Shown: positions 1 through 7,387 of the stretch, in pieces
Position numbering within the stretch: position 1 is the stretch's first letter
Layout of the letters: the number at the start of each line of letters is the position of its first letter
From: a virus
Length of the DNA stretch: 64,000 bases
Virus record (IMG/VR): IMGVR_UViG_3300045988_076436
Reading direction: 5' to 3' (one strand)
The notes under the pieces: model-generated
What the model saw: the letters and a program-made list of their open reading frames with translations, nothing else
What the model was told of the DNA's origin: nothing
Databases searched by the model: none
Program-made: the position numbers and the translations under genes

Positions 1-792
1 GTACACTACGCTGCAATTCTCGTCCGTTGAAGATTTGCTGATTGACTGGTATTGCGCGGTAATGCCCGATACGATGCCGCCAAACTCCAGCGCATCGTCC
101 ACATATCCAGGCAGATACTGCGAGGGTACTTGTCCGTTCTCGTCCAAAGGTGCAAGTCCATCTGCAGTTCCCTTGGTGTTCTTGAATGCGGTGAGGTCTT
201 TCTGCACACCGCTGATGCTGTTTGCCAGCTCGCTCTTGTTGTCGCTGACGGTTTTCTTCAGATTAGCAATGTCGGTCTGTGCCGTTCCCATCTGCGAGTT
301 GAGGGTGTTAAGGCTGTCCGTGTGCGAGGTCTGCGTGCTGCGCAGGCTCTTGATGTCCTCCTTGTTTTGGTTCACATCTACTTTCACGGCTTCGAGGTCT
401 GCAGTCATTTCCTCCACGGCCTCCATATACTCTGTGCTGTCCACGGTGGGGTTGCCTTTCAGCAATGGATTTCCGCTGCTGTCCACCTGCGCCACCCATG
501 TGCCGCCGTCTGCCACATAGAGCTGTCCCAAGTGGTCTGATGATGCGCTGCCCTCCACGGTCACCAGTGCCCACCAACCCTCGTGTGGGTTGGGGTATGC
601 CTCGCGCAGTTGCGCTGCGGTCTTGAACAGACCTTTGTTCGGTCCCTTGATGTTCTTGGCTTCAAGCCAACCCTCAACCGTCAGGTTGTGGCCTACGGTC
701 ATGGAGCCACGCACCGTACCCGAACCGCCCATGCTGACGTTGCGGCCTACGGCCACATCACCGTCTATCTGTTTTGTTGGTATTGAACTCAT
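1..792 (-). CDS. Tail-fibre-like structural protein, N-terminal 264 codons (gene runs off the window start)
   Basis: Absent from the ORF track because it has no stop in the window. My reverse-complement translation stays open for all 264 codons from ATG 792-790 (MSSIPTKQIDGDVAVGRNVSMGGSGTVRG...). The start overlaps the stop of 789..1424 (ATGA). The middle looks coiled-coil (DLEAVKVDVNQNKEDIKSLRS). LAPLDENGQVPSQYLPGYVDDALEF is a motif I recognise from phage fibre proteins. Confidence 0.7.
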   Translation of the reverse strand, partial: MSSIPTKQIDGDVAVGRNVSMGGSGTVRGSMTVGHNLTVEGWLEAKNIKGPNKGLFKTAAQLREAYPNPHEGWWALVTVEGSASSDHLGQLYVADGGTWVAQVDSSGNPLLKGNPTVDSTEYMEAVEEMTADLEAVKVDVNQNKEDIKSLRSTQTSHTDSLNTLNSQMGTAQTDIANLKKTVSDNKSELANSISGVQKDLTAFKNTKGTADGLAPLDENGQVPSQYLPGYVDDALEFGGIVSGITAQYQSISKSSTDENCSVVY

Positions 793-1424
793 TCCATTAT
801 TGATTTTGCCAAGGCGTTCAACTGCTCTGCTTTGACGGTCGCGCCAAAGGCGGTTAGTACTAATGCTGCCGTGGTATAGACTACGGCTGTGTAACAACGC
901 TCGGAGATGTCGATGCCGTCCTCATCGTCTATCTTGGGATAGGGTATGTAGGTGGCTCGCTTGACGTAAGCGTCCTCGCTGTTGCAGCTGAAGAACTCCA
1001 ACGCCTTGCCCTCGGCTCGGTTCACCACCGCGCACACTGGTTTCTGCACGCTGCCTCTCACGCCCTTGTATCTTGACGATTGCAGGTCATAGAGTGGGTC
1101 GTCCACCGAAATGGCATTGTAGCAAGTGCGCTCCCAGTCGCTCATGCGGAATGCTATCAACCGCATGAAGTCATCGGGGAGCAGCACCCAACCGCTGCCG
1201 TTGTCCTCCCAATACACGGCCTCGCCAAACTCGTGTCCCTCTTCCAAGAGATACACGGGAGCTGTGGTCTCAACCCTGCGCACGGCTTCCTCTATCTTCG
1301 AGCGTATCACTTCATTCAACGACAAGGTGTCAATATCCTCATCGCTGATGAGCTGCTCACTGGTCTTGTTCTCGTCTATGGCGATGCGAACATCTTGCTC
1401 CACGACTTCGATTTTGTACACCAT
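789..1424 (-). CDS. Hypothetical virion-module protein (211 aa)
   Basis: Clean ORF on the head-module strand, translationally coupled to the fibre-like gene downstream. No recognisable motif. A connector or adaptor role is only a positional guess. Confidence 0.6.
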   Translation of the reverse strand: MVYKIEVVEQDVRIAIDENKTSEQLISDEDIDTLSLNEVIRSKIEEAVRRVETTAPVYLLEEGHEFGEAVYWEDNGSGWVLLPDDFMRLIAFRMSDWERTCYNAISVDDPLYDLQSSRYKGVRGSVQKPVCAVVNRAEGKALEFFSCNSEDAYVKRATYIPYPKIDDEDGIDISERCYTAVVYTTAALVLTAFGATVKAEQLNALAKSIME

Positions 1425-1435
1425 ATCGTCATTCC

Positions 1436-2167
1436 TTACTTCTCGTTGACAAACGTGATTTTCACTCCGTAGGTCGCGCCAACGGCCTTGATGTCCTCAC
1501 GGTTGCGCATCGAGCCGGGCTTCACGCCAAAGTTCTTGAAGATGTAGTCCTTGGCCTCTTGGTTGTCGGTGAACTCCACCTCGGTCTTGCCCTCTGCCGT
1601 ATTGTCCTCGGCTGCGGTTTCTTCGCTTGTGGTGTCCTCTTCGGCCTCCTCTTCTGTGATGTCAGCCACCTCGTCCTCGATAGTTTCCGCATCTGCCTCG
1701 TCCGTTGGTGTTACAACACCTGCGTTTACCTCCTCTGTCGGCTCGTCTGCCGTTTCCTTGGTGTCAGCGTCCTCCGTCACAGGCGTAGTATGGCTTGAAA
1801 AGGCTTCAGTAGGCTTATTGTCAATCACAGCCTTTGCCGCAACCTTTGCCGTCCGTGTGCTCGGCTTGGCAGGGTTGCGCTCAATATGCAGCTCCTCGTC
1901 AAGCTCAATGGTGCTCACCACATGTATGCGGCCTTTCTTGAAATCGCTGCTGTTCTCTATCGCGTGCTGCACGATGAAGTCGCTTGTCGTGTACTGTGCA
2001 GGGTTCTGTCCCATGGCGGTAATGGAGCCGTCCGTGAACATTACTTTGAGTGTGGCTCTGCCTATCTTGATAATGGCTTGGTATTCCATCATGCCGTACA
2101 CTCCGTAGGTTATTCTCTTCTTTTTCATTTTTGTTGTCTGATTATTATAAATAAAGGCGGACGGCAT
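1436..2167 (-). CDS. Hypothetical head-associated protein with an acidic low-complexity C-terminal half (243 aa)
   Basis: ORF directly downstream of the putative capsid gene, with an alternative ATG at 2128. The C-terminal half is rich in E/D/T (EDADTKETADEPTEEV, EEEAEEDTTSEETAAED). Confidence 0.6.
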   Translation of the reverse strand: MPSAFIYNNQTTKMKKKRITYGVYGMMEYQAIIKIGRATLKVMFTDGSITAMGQNPAQYTTSDFIVQHAIENSSDFKKGRIHVVSTIELDEELHIERNPAKPSTRTAKVAAKAVIDNKPTEAFSSHTTPVTEDADTKETADEPTEEVNAGVVTPTDEADAETIEDEVADITEEEAEEDTTSEETAAEDNTAEGKTEVEFTDNQEAKDYIFKNFGVKPGSMRNREDIKAVGATYGVKITFVNEK

Positions 2168-2218
2168 TGCTACCTATCCGCCTCTATTGGTTGATGATTG
2201 GTTTAATTAAACTTCGGA

Positions 2219-3736
2219 TTACTCGGTGGCCATCACATCACCTGCATACTCCACCCATGCTGCGCTCTTGTACTGCCACATCTGGCCGCACACGGCTTCC
2301 GCGTTGATGGCAGGGCAGTCCTGCAACAGATAGTACACGCCACCCTCAACAGGGCTTTCGGGTGCTTCCGCGCTGTCCCAAAGGTGGATTTGCGTTGCGC
2401 TGGTGTTCTCGCTGTCACCCTCACCGTTGATCCAGATATGGCACGAGCCTTTGAGTGCGAGTGCGTCCCACACAAGCATCGACTCGCGTGTTGCCTCCTC
2501 GCCCTCCATGCGGTCTTTCGATGAGTGCTCGGCCGAGTACTGGTAGTGTACGAGGCGGTCGGGCGCAACGATGAACGCAGAGTTGCTCCACTTCAAGCGG
2601 TCAAGTGTCGGGTCGTGCTTGAACTCGATGTCTCCGAACACGGTGTGGAAGTTGGTCACTACCCAGCCTACAGGGTTGGTCTTGGTCGAAATCTGAATTT
2701 CCGGGTGCTTAGAGTAGTCGATGCACTGGATGTTCTCCAAGAAGTTCTTGCCTGCAAGGGCTATCACGCTCTTGGGCACGTCCTCGCCTGTAAAGGTCAT
2801 CTTCGCCAAGGCGATGATTTCCTCAATCGTCCACTTGCCTGTGTGCTGGATTTCCTTCTTCACTTGGTAGCGCACACCCTCGGTACAGTACACATACTGC
2901 ACTCCTGCCTTTTCGGTCTGCACCTTGAACTTGCCCTTGCGTCCTGCGTAGAGCGTGCGGTTGCCGCGCACCTTGAAGTTGGTGATGGCGGCCTCTGCAA
3001 TCACAGCCTTGCCGAATGGAATTTTCTTCTTCTGCGCCTCGTAGTAGTCAGATACAATCTGGTTCATGCCGCGCTTCTGAAGATACACCGTCTGTCCCTG
3101 TGGAACGATGAGGTCGGGGTCAACCTCTTTCTGCGTCTCGTAGAGGGCGTTGGAGAGGATGATGAATGTTGTGCCCTGCGGAATTTCGGGCGTAGTGCAA
3201 TACTCGTCCGTGCTGTTGGTCTTCGGACCGTTCACGGCTCTGCAGATGGGGTTGCCCGATGCAGGGTCGTGGCCTGTCACGAACAGCATGAGGTCTTTGC
3301 CCGGTGTCTTGGTCGTTCCGTCCTCGGCATAGCCGTCCACGCCCTTGGCGAGCAGCGTGCCGTAAGGTCTGGGAATTTCCGCATCGTTGGAGAGCAACGG
3401 CAGGATGAACTGCTTGGCTGTTCCTGCGGTCACCTTGGTTGTCGATGTCACGCTGGAGCGCGGCTCGTCAATCATGTAGTGCTCCACCTCGGGCGAATTC
3501 ACCTTTACTTTCTTCGCTTTCAGCATGAGCTGCATAAGCGGTGTGTCGTCACTCTTGAACTTGTAGAGTTCCTGGTCGAGGTCGCTCTGTACGAGGTTGC
3601 CCGGACCGACTCCGCCAGTCGCATCTGCCACTCCGCTGATGGTAGTGGGTGCTCCCGACACTTGGCTTGCTACACCGGCTGTGCCCGGTGTTGGGGTGAG
3701 ATTTTTACCACCTACTTGTACGGTTTCTCCGTCCAT
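2219..3736 (-). CDS. Putative major capsid protein (505 aa)
   Basis: Largest ORF of the head module, downstream of a scaffold-like gene. Its size is typical of HK97-fold capsid proteins and the first ~50 aa are G/A/T-rich. The call rests on size and gene order; no HMM was run. Confidence 0.6.
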   Translation of the reverse strand: MDGETVQVGGKNLTPTPGTAGVASQVSGAPTTISGVADATGGVGPGNLVQSDLDQELYKFKSDDTPLMQLMLKAKKVKVNSPEVEHYMIDEPRSSVTSTTKVTAGTAKQFILPLLSNDAEIPRPYGTLLAKGVDGYAEDGTTKTPGKDLMLFVTGHDPASGNPICRAVNGPKTNSTDEYCTTPEIPQGTTFIILSNALYETQKEVDPDLIVPQGQTVYLQKRGMNQIVSDYYEAQKKKIPFGKAVIAEAAITNFKVRGNRTLYAGRKGKFKVQTEKAGVQYVYCTEGVRYQVKKEIQHTGKWTIEEIIALAKMTFTGEDVPKSVIALAGKNFLENIQCIDYSKHPEIQISTKTNPVGWVVTNFHTVFGDIEFKHDPTLDRLKWSNSAFIVAPDRLVHYQYSAEHSSKDRMEGEEATRESMLVWDALALKGSCHIWINGEGDSENTSATQIHLWDSAEAPESPVEGGVYYLLQDCPAINAEAVCGQMWQYKSAAWVEYAGDVMATE

Positions 3737-3764
3737 GTCTTGAAATTTTAGTTTGTGAATAATG

Positions 3765-3935
3765 TTATTTGCTATCGGTCTGTGCGAGGTTGCCGGGGGC
3801 TATACCGCCTGTCGCGCTCGCGAGATTGCTTACTGATGCCATTGCGCCCGGCAATTGGGTGCAAAGTCCTGCGCTACCCTTGGTGGAGCGCAGCGTCTTT
3901 CCCTCCGGGGGAAACTTCACGACTTCTCCTTTCAT
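3765..3935 (-). CDS. Small ORF (56 aa) between the scaffold and capsid genes
   Basis: Below the ORF-track size cut-off. My translation is MKGEVVKFPPEGKTLRSTKGSAGLCTQLPGAMASVSNLASATGGIAPGNLAQTDSK. The ATG lies 3 nt after the scaffold stop. Its C-terminus resembles the capsid N-terminus (ATGGVGPGNLVQSD). Confidence 0.45.
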   Translation of the reverse strand: MKGEVVKFPPEGKTLRSTKGSAGLCTQLPGAMASVSNLASATGGIAPGNLAQTDSK

Positions 3936-3938
3936 GGG

Positions 3939-4679
3939 CTACATCGCTTCATTAGCAAGGTCAAATATGCTCTGTTGCTTCTTCTGCTGTGTGGGTGAGC
4001 CTCCGTTCTTTCCGTTGAGCGGTGCTGTGCCGTCTCCCTTGTCGCGCTTGCGCAGTCCCTCCACAATCTTGTCGTTTCGTCCTGCCACACGTCCCTCCTC
4101 GCCAGCGTTGGCTACATCGGCATCATGGTTGATGGCATTCACAAACAGCTCCAAGGTCTCGCGTGAGAACTTGCCCATCACTCCGTCCTTGACAACGGTG
4201 AGCATAGCATTGGCCACCTCGTCTATCTGCTCGTCTGTCATGCCGCGCTCCTCTTGGAACTGGCGCAGGGTCTCAAGCGTTGCGTCCATGTTCTTCTCAT
4301 ACTCTTCATCGAGCTGTTTCGACTTGGCCACACGCTCCACATACTCCTTGTTAGCCTCGGCTATCTTGTCCTGCATCTCGGGGTCGTCAAGCACGTCCTT
4401 GATGTCCACTCCGAAATTCTTCACAAGGCCGAGCACAGGGTCTTGGCCGTTGTGCATGTCGGCAAGAAACTGCGCACTCCTCGGGTCTGCGGCAAACATG
4501 TCGGACATGGCTTTCTCCCTGCCCTTGTAGCCGTCAAGGTCGTGCTCGTATTGGTCGTAATCATCGGAGATCTGACCATAGATTTCCTCATCGTCCTCGA
4601 ACTTCTTGTCGGGGTATTTCTTTCTCAGCCGCTCCAGCTGCTGGTCGCGTCTGCTCTTAACTCCATTGTTTTCAGCCAT
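3939..4679 (-). CDS. Putative scaffolding protein (246 aa)
   Basis: Highly charged, helix-prone sequence (DEEYEKNMDATLETLRQFQEERGMTDEQIDE) immediately upstream of the capsid gene. It is the first gene of the minus-strand head operon. Confidence 0.6.
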   Translation of the reverse strand: MAENNGVKSRRDQQLERLRKKYPDKKFEDDEEIYGQISDDYDQYEHDLDGYKGREKAMSDMFAADPRSAQFLADMHNGQDPVLGLVKNFGVDIKDVLDDPEMQDKIAEANKEYVERVAKSKQLDEEYEKNMDATLETLRQFQEERGMTDEQIDEVANAMLTVVKDGVMGKFSRETLELFVNAINHDADVANAGEEGRVAGRNDKIVEGLRKRDKGDGTAPLNGKNGGSPTQQKKQQSIFDLANEAM

Positions 4680-4716
4680 TATCTTAACTTTCTTATGATT
4701 GTGTAATATTCGTATG

Positions 4717-4724
4717 CAAAAATA
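4717..4724 (-). promoter_or_regulatory. Bacteroides-type -7 box (TATTTTTG) for the head operon
   Basis: The reverse complement of 4717-4724 is TATTTTTG, which matches TAnnTTTG. It lies 38 nt upstream of the scaffold ATG (4679). Confidence 0.5.
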
Positions 4725-4743
4725 GCCATATAAGAGGTGGACT

Positions 4744-4759
4744 GACTTTTAACTTTTGT
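4744..4759. promoter_or_regulatory. 16-bp element GACTTTTAACTTTTGT, copy 1 (copy 2 at 30554-30569)
   Basis: Exact 16-mer found in both divergent late-promoter regions, 65 and 62 nt upstream of the first minus-strand gene. Confidence 0.5.
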
Positions 4760-4772
4760 GAGTTGCGTTGAG

Positions 4773-4780
4773 TACCTTTG
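4773..4780 (+). promoter_or_regulatory. Bacteroides-type -7 box (TACCTTTG) for the terminase genes
   Basis: TACCTTTG matches TAnnTTTG and lies 24 nt upstream of ATG 4804. Confidence 0.55.
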
Positions 4781-4803
4781 TATAGAACAGAACCGTGATT
4801 TTT

Positions 4804-5253
4804 ATGAAATACTTTGGCAGCATATTGGATTTTACAAGGGAGCGCAATGCCGACCTTATGAGGGTGTACCGCGACAGACTTGCCGAGGCAAGCATCATCA
4901 TCATGCCTGTTATCTTTCAGTTGGTGGCCGACTCTCCAGCTTCGCGTTTCTGGGTGAGCGAGGAGCGCGCGGCCATTGTCATTTCCGCTATGGCGGCAGG
5001 AAAGCCCATGCCGCGAATGAGGAGCAACAAGCGTGAGATGTTCGAGGAGATTTACCGCAGATACCTCCTCATGCGTGAGGATTATCCCGACAAGTCGGTC
5101 TATGAGTTGGTTACGAAGATAGTCAATCAACCTGCGCCCAAGTTCTACCTCACGCCTCGCACGGTCGGGGAGTTTATTTACCGCATAAAGAATGGATGGT
5201 ATGACAACCAATACGATAGATACAGAGATTGCCGCACTGCTTGCGGAGAATGA
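4804..5253 (+). CDS. Putative small terminase / DNA-packaging accessory protein (149 aa)
   Basis: The ORF-track entry is 4795..5253. I prefer ATG 4804 (MKYFGSILDF...) because it lies downstream of the -7 box. The gene directly precedes and overlaps the large terminase. Function is inferred from position only. Confidence 0.5.
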   Translation: MKYFGSILDFTRERNADLMRVYRDRLAEASIIIMPVIFQLVADSPASRFWVSEERAAIVISAMAAGKPMPRMRSNKREMFEEIYRRYLLMREDYPDKSVYELVTKIVNQPAPKFYLTPRTVGEFIYRIKNGWYDNQYDRYRDCRTACGE

Positions 5254-7321
5254 CAGGCGCAATGAAATCATGTTCGCCAAGTTTGACCCTGTTACTGGTG
5301 AGGGGTCTATTGGTAAACGTGTCCGTGTCAGCATTGCCGACTTTGCCATTCCTGTTCAGTGGTTGCCTGTGGAGATGATGGATATTCCGCTTGTCAAGAA
5401 GTTGGTCAAGGCTGGCTCTATCGACAAGTTTCTCTCGTCCGTGATGCACGTTGAGCCGAATGACGATGACTTCATCAAGGTGTCGCGCACGCTCATACGC
5501 TTGCGCTACAAGCACGACTTTCCTTTTTGGACGGCTACGCTCGTCTATATCCACAACAAGGATGCAGGAAAGGACGTGCTTTTTCGTCTGTGGTATCCGC
5601 AGCGCATCCTCGTGTCGCGCTTTGAGGCGAAACGAAAGGCAGGATTACCTATCCGTCTTATTCTCTTGAAAGCGCGTCAGTGGGGCGGCTCCACGACTGT
5701 GCAGCTCTACATGGCATGGTTGCAGTTCTTCCACAAGAAAGGTCTCAACTCACTCATCATCGCCCACCAAGGCACGGCATCGGACGAAATCAAGGATATG
5801 TTCGACCTCATGATTAAGAAACACCCGGTGGAATTTCTTCACAAGTTGGGTGAGGTCTATTCGGAGAACGAGCCTAAGTTGGTCGGTGTCGGCAAGTCGG
5901 GTTCTACGTACCGTGTGCCACAACGAGACTGCAAGATTAAGGTGGGTACTGCCGAGCGTCCTAACGGTTGCCGTGGCGGTGCTTACTCGTTGGTGCATCT
6001 TTCCGAGGTAGGTCTGTGGAAAAAGACGGAGGGCAAGTCGCCCGAAGATATTGTGCGTTCCGCTTGCTCTGGTATTCTTGCACGACCTTACACAATGATT
6101 GTCATGGAAAGTACTGCCGATGGTGTTGGCACTTACTTTGATGCAGAATATACGGCCGCTGCTGACCCTACTGTCAAGTCACAGTTTGAGGCACTTTTTA
6201 TTTCTTGGTTTCAGATTGAGCATTACTCGCGTCCTTTCGACTCTGCCGAAGAACTACGCGCCTTTGCCAAATGGCTTTGGGAGAACCGCAACAATGCCTA
6301 CACTCCGTCCAATCGTGAGGAGAGTGGACGCTATCTGTGGTCGTTGTGGGAAAAGGGGGCTACACTGGAGGCTATCCATTGGTATATATACGAGCGTGCT
6401 GGTAAGAATGACTTTGCGGTGATGGCTGCGGAGTTTCCGTCTGACGATGTGGAGGCGTTTGTTCATGCAGGTACAATGGTGTTCGACAAGTATCTTGTCA
6501 AGCAGTTTGAGCCATATTGCCGCAAGCCTAAGTTTGTTGGCGAGGTCTATGCCGATGCCGACGAGGGCGAGGAGGCTCTTTCCAATCTCCGTTTCCGTGA
6601 GGACAGGCAGGGCTTACTTTCCATTTGGGCTATGCCCGAGAAGTTTGACGATTACGAGGTTACCGACCGCTACCTTACCGTGGTCGATGTGGGCGGACGC
6701 TCCAACAAGGCGGACTGGTCTGTCATCGTGGTGTTCGACCGTCTGAGCATGATTGACGGCAGTGAGCCTCCGTCTGTCGTGGCGCAGTGGTACGGCCATT
6801 GCGACATCGACCGCCTCGCATGGCGTGCCGCGCAGATTGCTGCTTTCTACAACGACTCGCTGTTGGTCATCGAGTCCAACACCTTGGAGACGCACGACAA
6901 GGAGCGACAGGTGGAGGGTGGCGACCAGTCGCAGTATATCCTCAATCAGATTTCAGACATCTATCCCAATCTCTACGCTCGCAAGCAGTCCGAGGACGAG
7001 ATACGCGAGGGTGCGCCTCGCAAGTATGGTTTCCACACGAATGTGGCCACCAAGCCGATGATTATCTCTACCTTGGTCAAGGTCATTCGCGAGCGTCTGT
7101 ATATCGAGCGCGATAAGCGGTGTCTTGACGAGTACGACACTTATGAGCGCAAGCCGAATGGCGCGTATGGTGCTATTGTCGGCAAGCATGACGACTTGCT
7201 TATGACGCGTGCCATCGGTCTGCACATCTGCTATCGCGAAATGGAGATGCCCGAATTTGTGCCTATCACAAACCGCACACTCCGAAAAGACAGAAGCCCC
7301 GTCTCCGAGGCTTCCATATAG
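5192..7321 (+). CDS. terL: Terminase large subunit (709 aa)
   Basis: The N-terminal ATPase region has a P-loop-like LLKARQWGGSTT. The C-terminal RNaseH-like nuclease carries acidic motifs VVDVGGRSNKADWSVIVVFD and GKHDDLLMTRAIGL. Size and position next to the portal fit. Later Met starts are possible. Confidence 0.85.
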   Translation: MDGMTTNTIDTEIAALLAENDRRNEIMFAKFDPVTGEGSIGKRVRVSIADFAIPVQWLPVEMMDIPLVKKLVKAGSIDKFLSSVMHVEPNDDDFIKVSRTLIRLRYKHDFPFWTATLVYIHNKDAGKDVLFRLWYPQRILVSRFEAKRKAGLPIRLILLKARQWGGSTTVQLYMAWLQFFHKKGLNSLIIAHQGTASDEIKDMFDLMIKKHPVEFLHKLGEVYSENEPKLVGVGKSGSTYRVPQRDCKIKVGTAERPNGCRGGAYSLVHLSEVGLWKKTEGKSPEDIVRSACSGILARPYTMIVMESTADGVGTYFDAEYTAAADPTVKSQFEALFISWFQIEHYSRPFDSAEELRAFAKWLWENRNNAYTPSNREESGRYLWSLWEKGATLEAIHWYIYERAGKNDFAVMAAEFPSDDVEAFVHAGTMVFDKYLVKQFEPYCRKPKFVGEVYADADEGEEALSNLRFREDRQGLLSIWAMPEKFDDYEVTDRYLTVVDVGGRSNKADWSVIVVFDRLSMIDGSEPPSVVAQWYGHCDIDRLAWRAAQIAAFYNDSLLVIESNTLETHDKERQVEGGDQSQYILNQISDIYPNLYARKQSEDEIREGAPRKYGFHTNVATKPMIISTLVKVIRERLYIERDKRCLDEYDTYERKPNGAYGAIVGKHDDLLMTRAIGLHICYREMEMPEFVPITNRTLRKDRSPVSEASI

Positions 7322-7332
7322 AATCAGTAAAG

Positions 7333-7384
7333 CCCCACAACGTCCCTTTGGCTTAGTCGCCTAAGGAGGCTTAGTGAGGCTTAT
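7333..7384. repeat. CCCCAC...GGCTTAG...GGCTTAGTGAGGC...TTAT element, copy 1 (copy 2 at 50951-50993)
   Basis: Lies in the 66-bp gap between the convergent terL and portal genes: CCCCAC 7333-7338, GGCTTAG 7350-7356, GGCTTAGTGAGGCTTAT 7368-7384, then a T6 run. The same architecture follows the 895-aa gene. Confidence 0.55.
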
Positions 7385-7387
7385 TTT

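Noticed and set aside
2201-2212. Perfect 12-bp palindrome GTTTAATTAAAC between the capsid gene and the next gene
   Set aside because: It is a short A/T-rich palindrome with no loop or T-run and no second copy that I noticed. It could easily be chance.
2525-3751. 408-aa plus-strand ORF opposite the capsid gene; similarly 8414..9331 (+) opposite the portal, 29497..30618 (+), 32195..33211 (+) opposite int, and 46477..47328 (-) opposite the MTase
   Set aside because: All are antisense shadow ORFs with junk-like composition that overlap well-supported genes.
4693-5349. 218-aa minus-strand ORF overlapping the small-terminase region
   Set aside because: It would run through the divergent promoter region and overlaps a better plus-strand ORF that has a -7 box and couples to terL.
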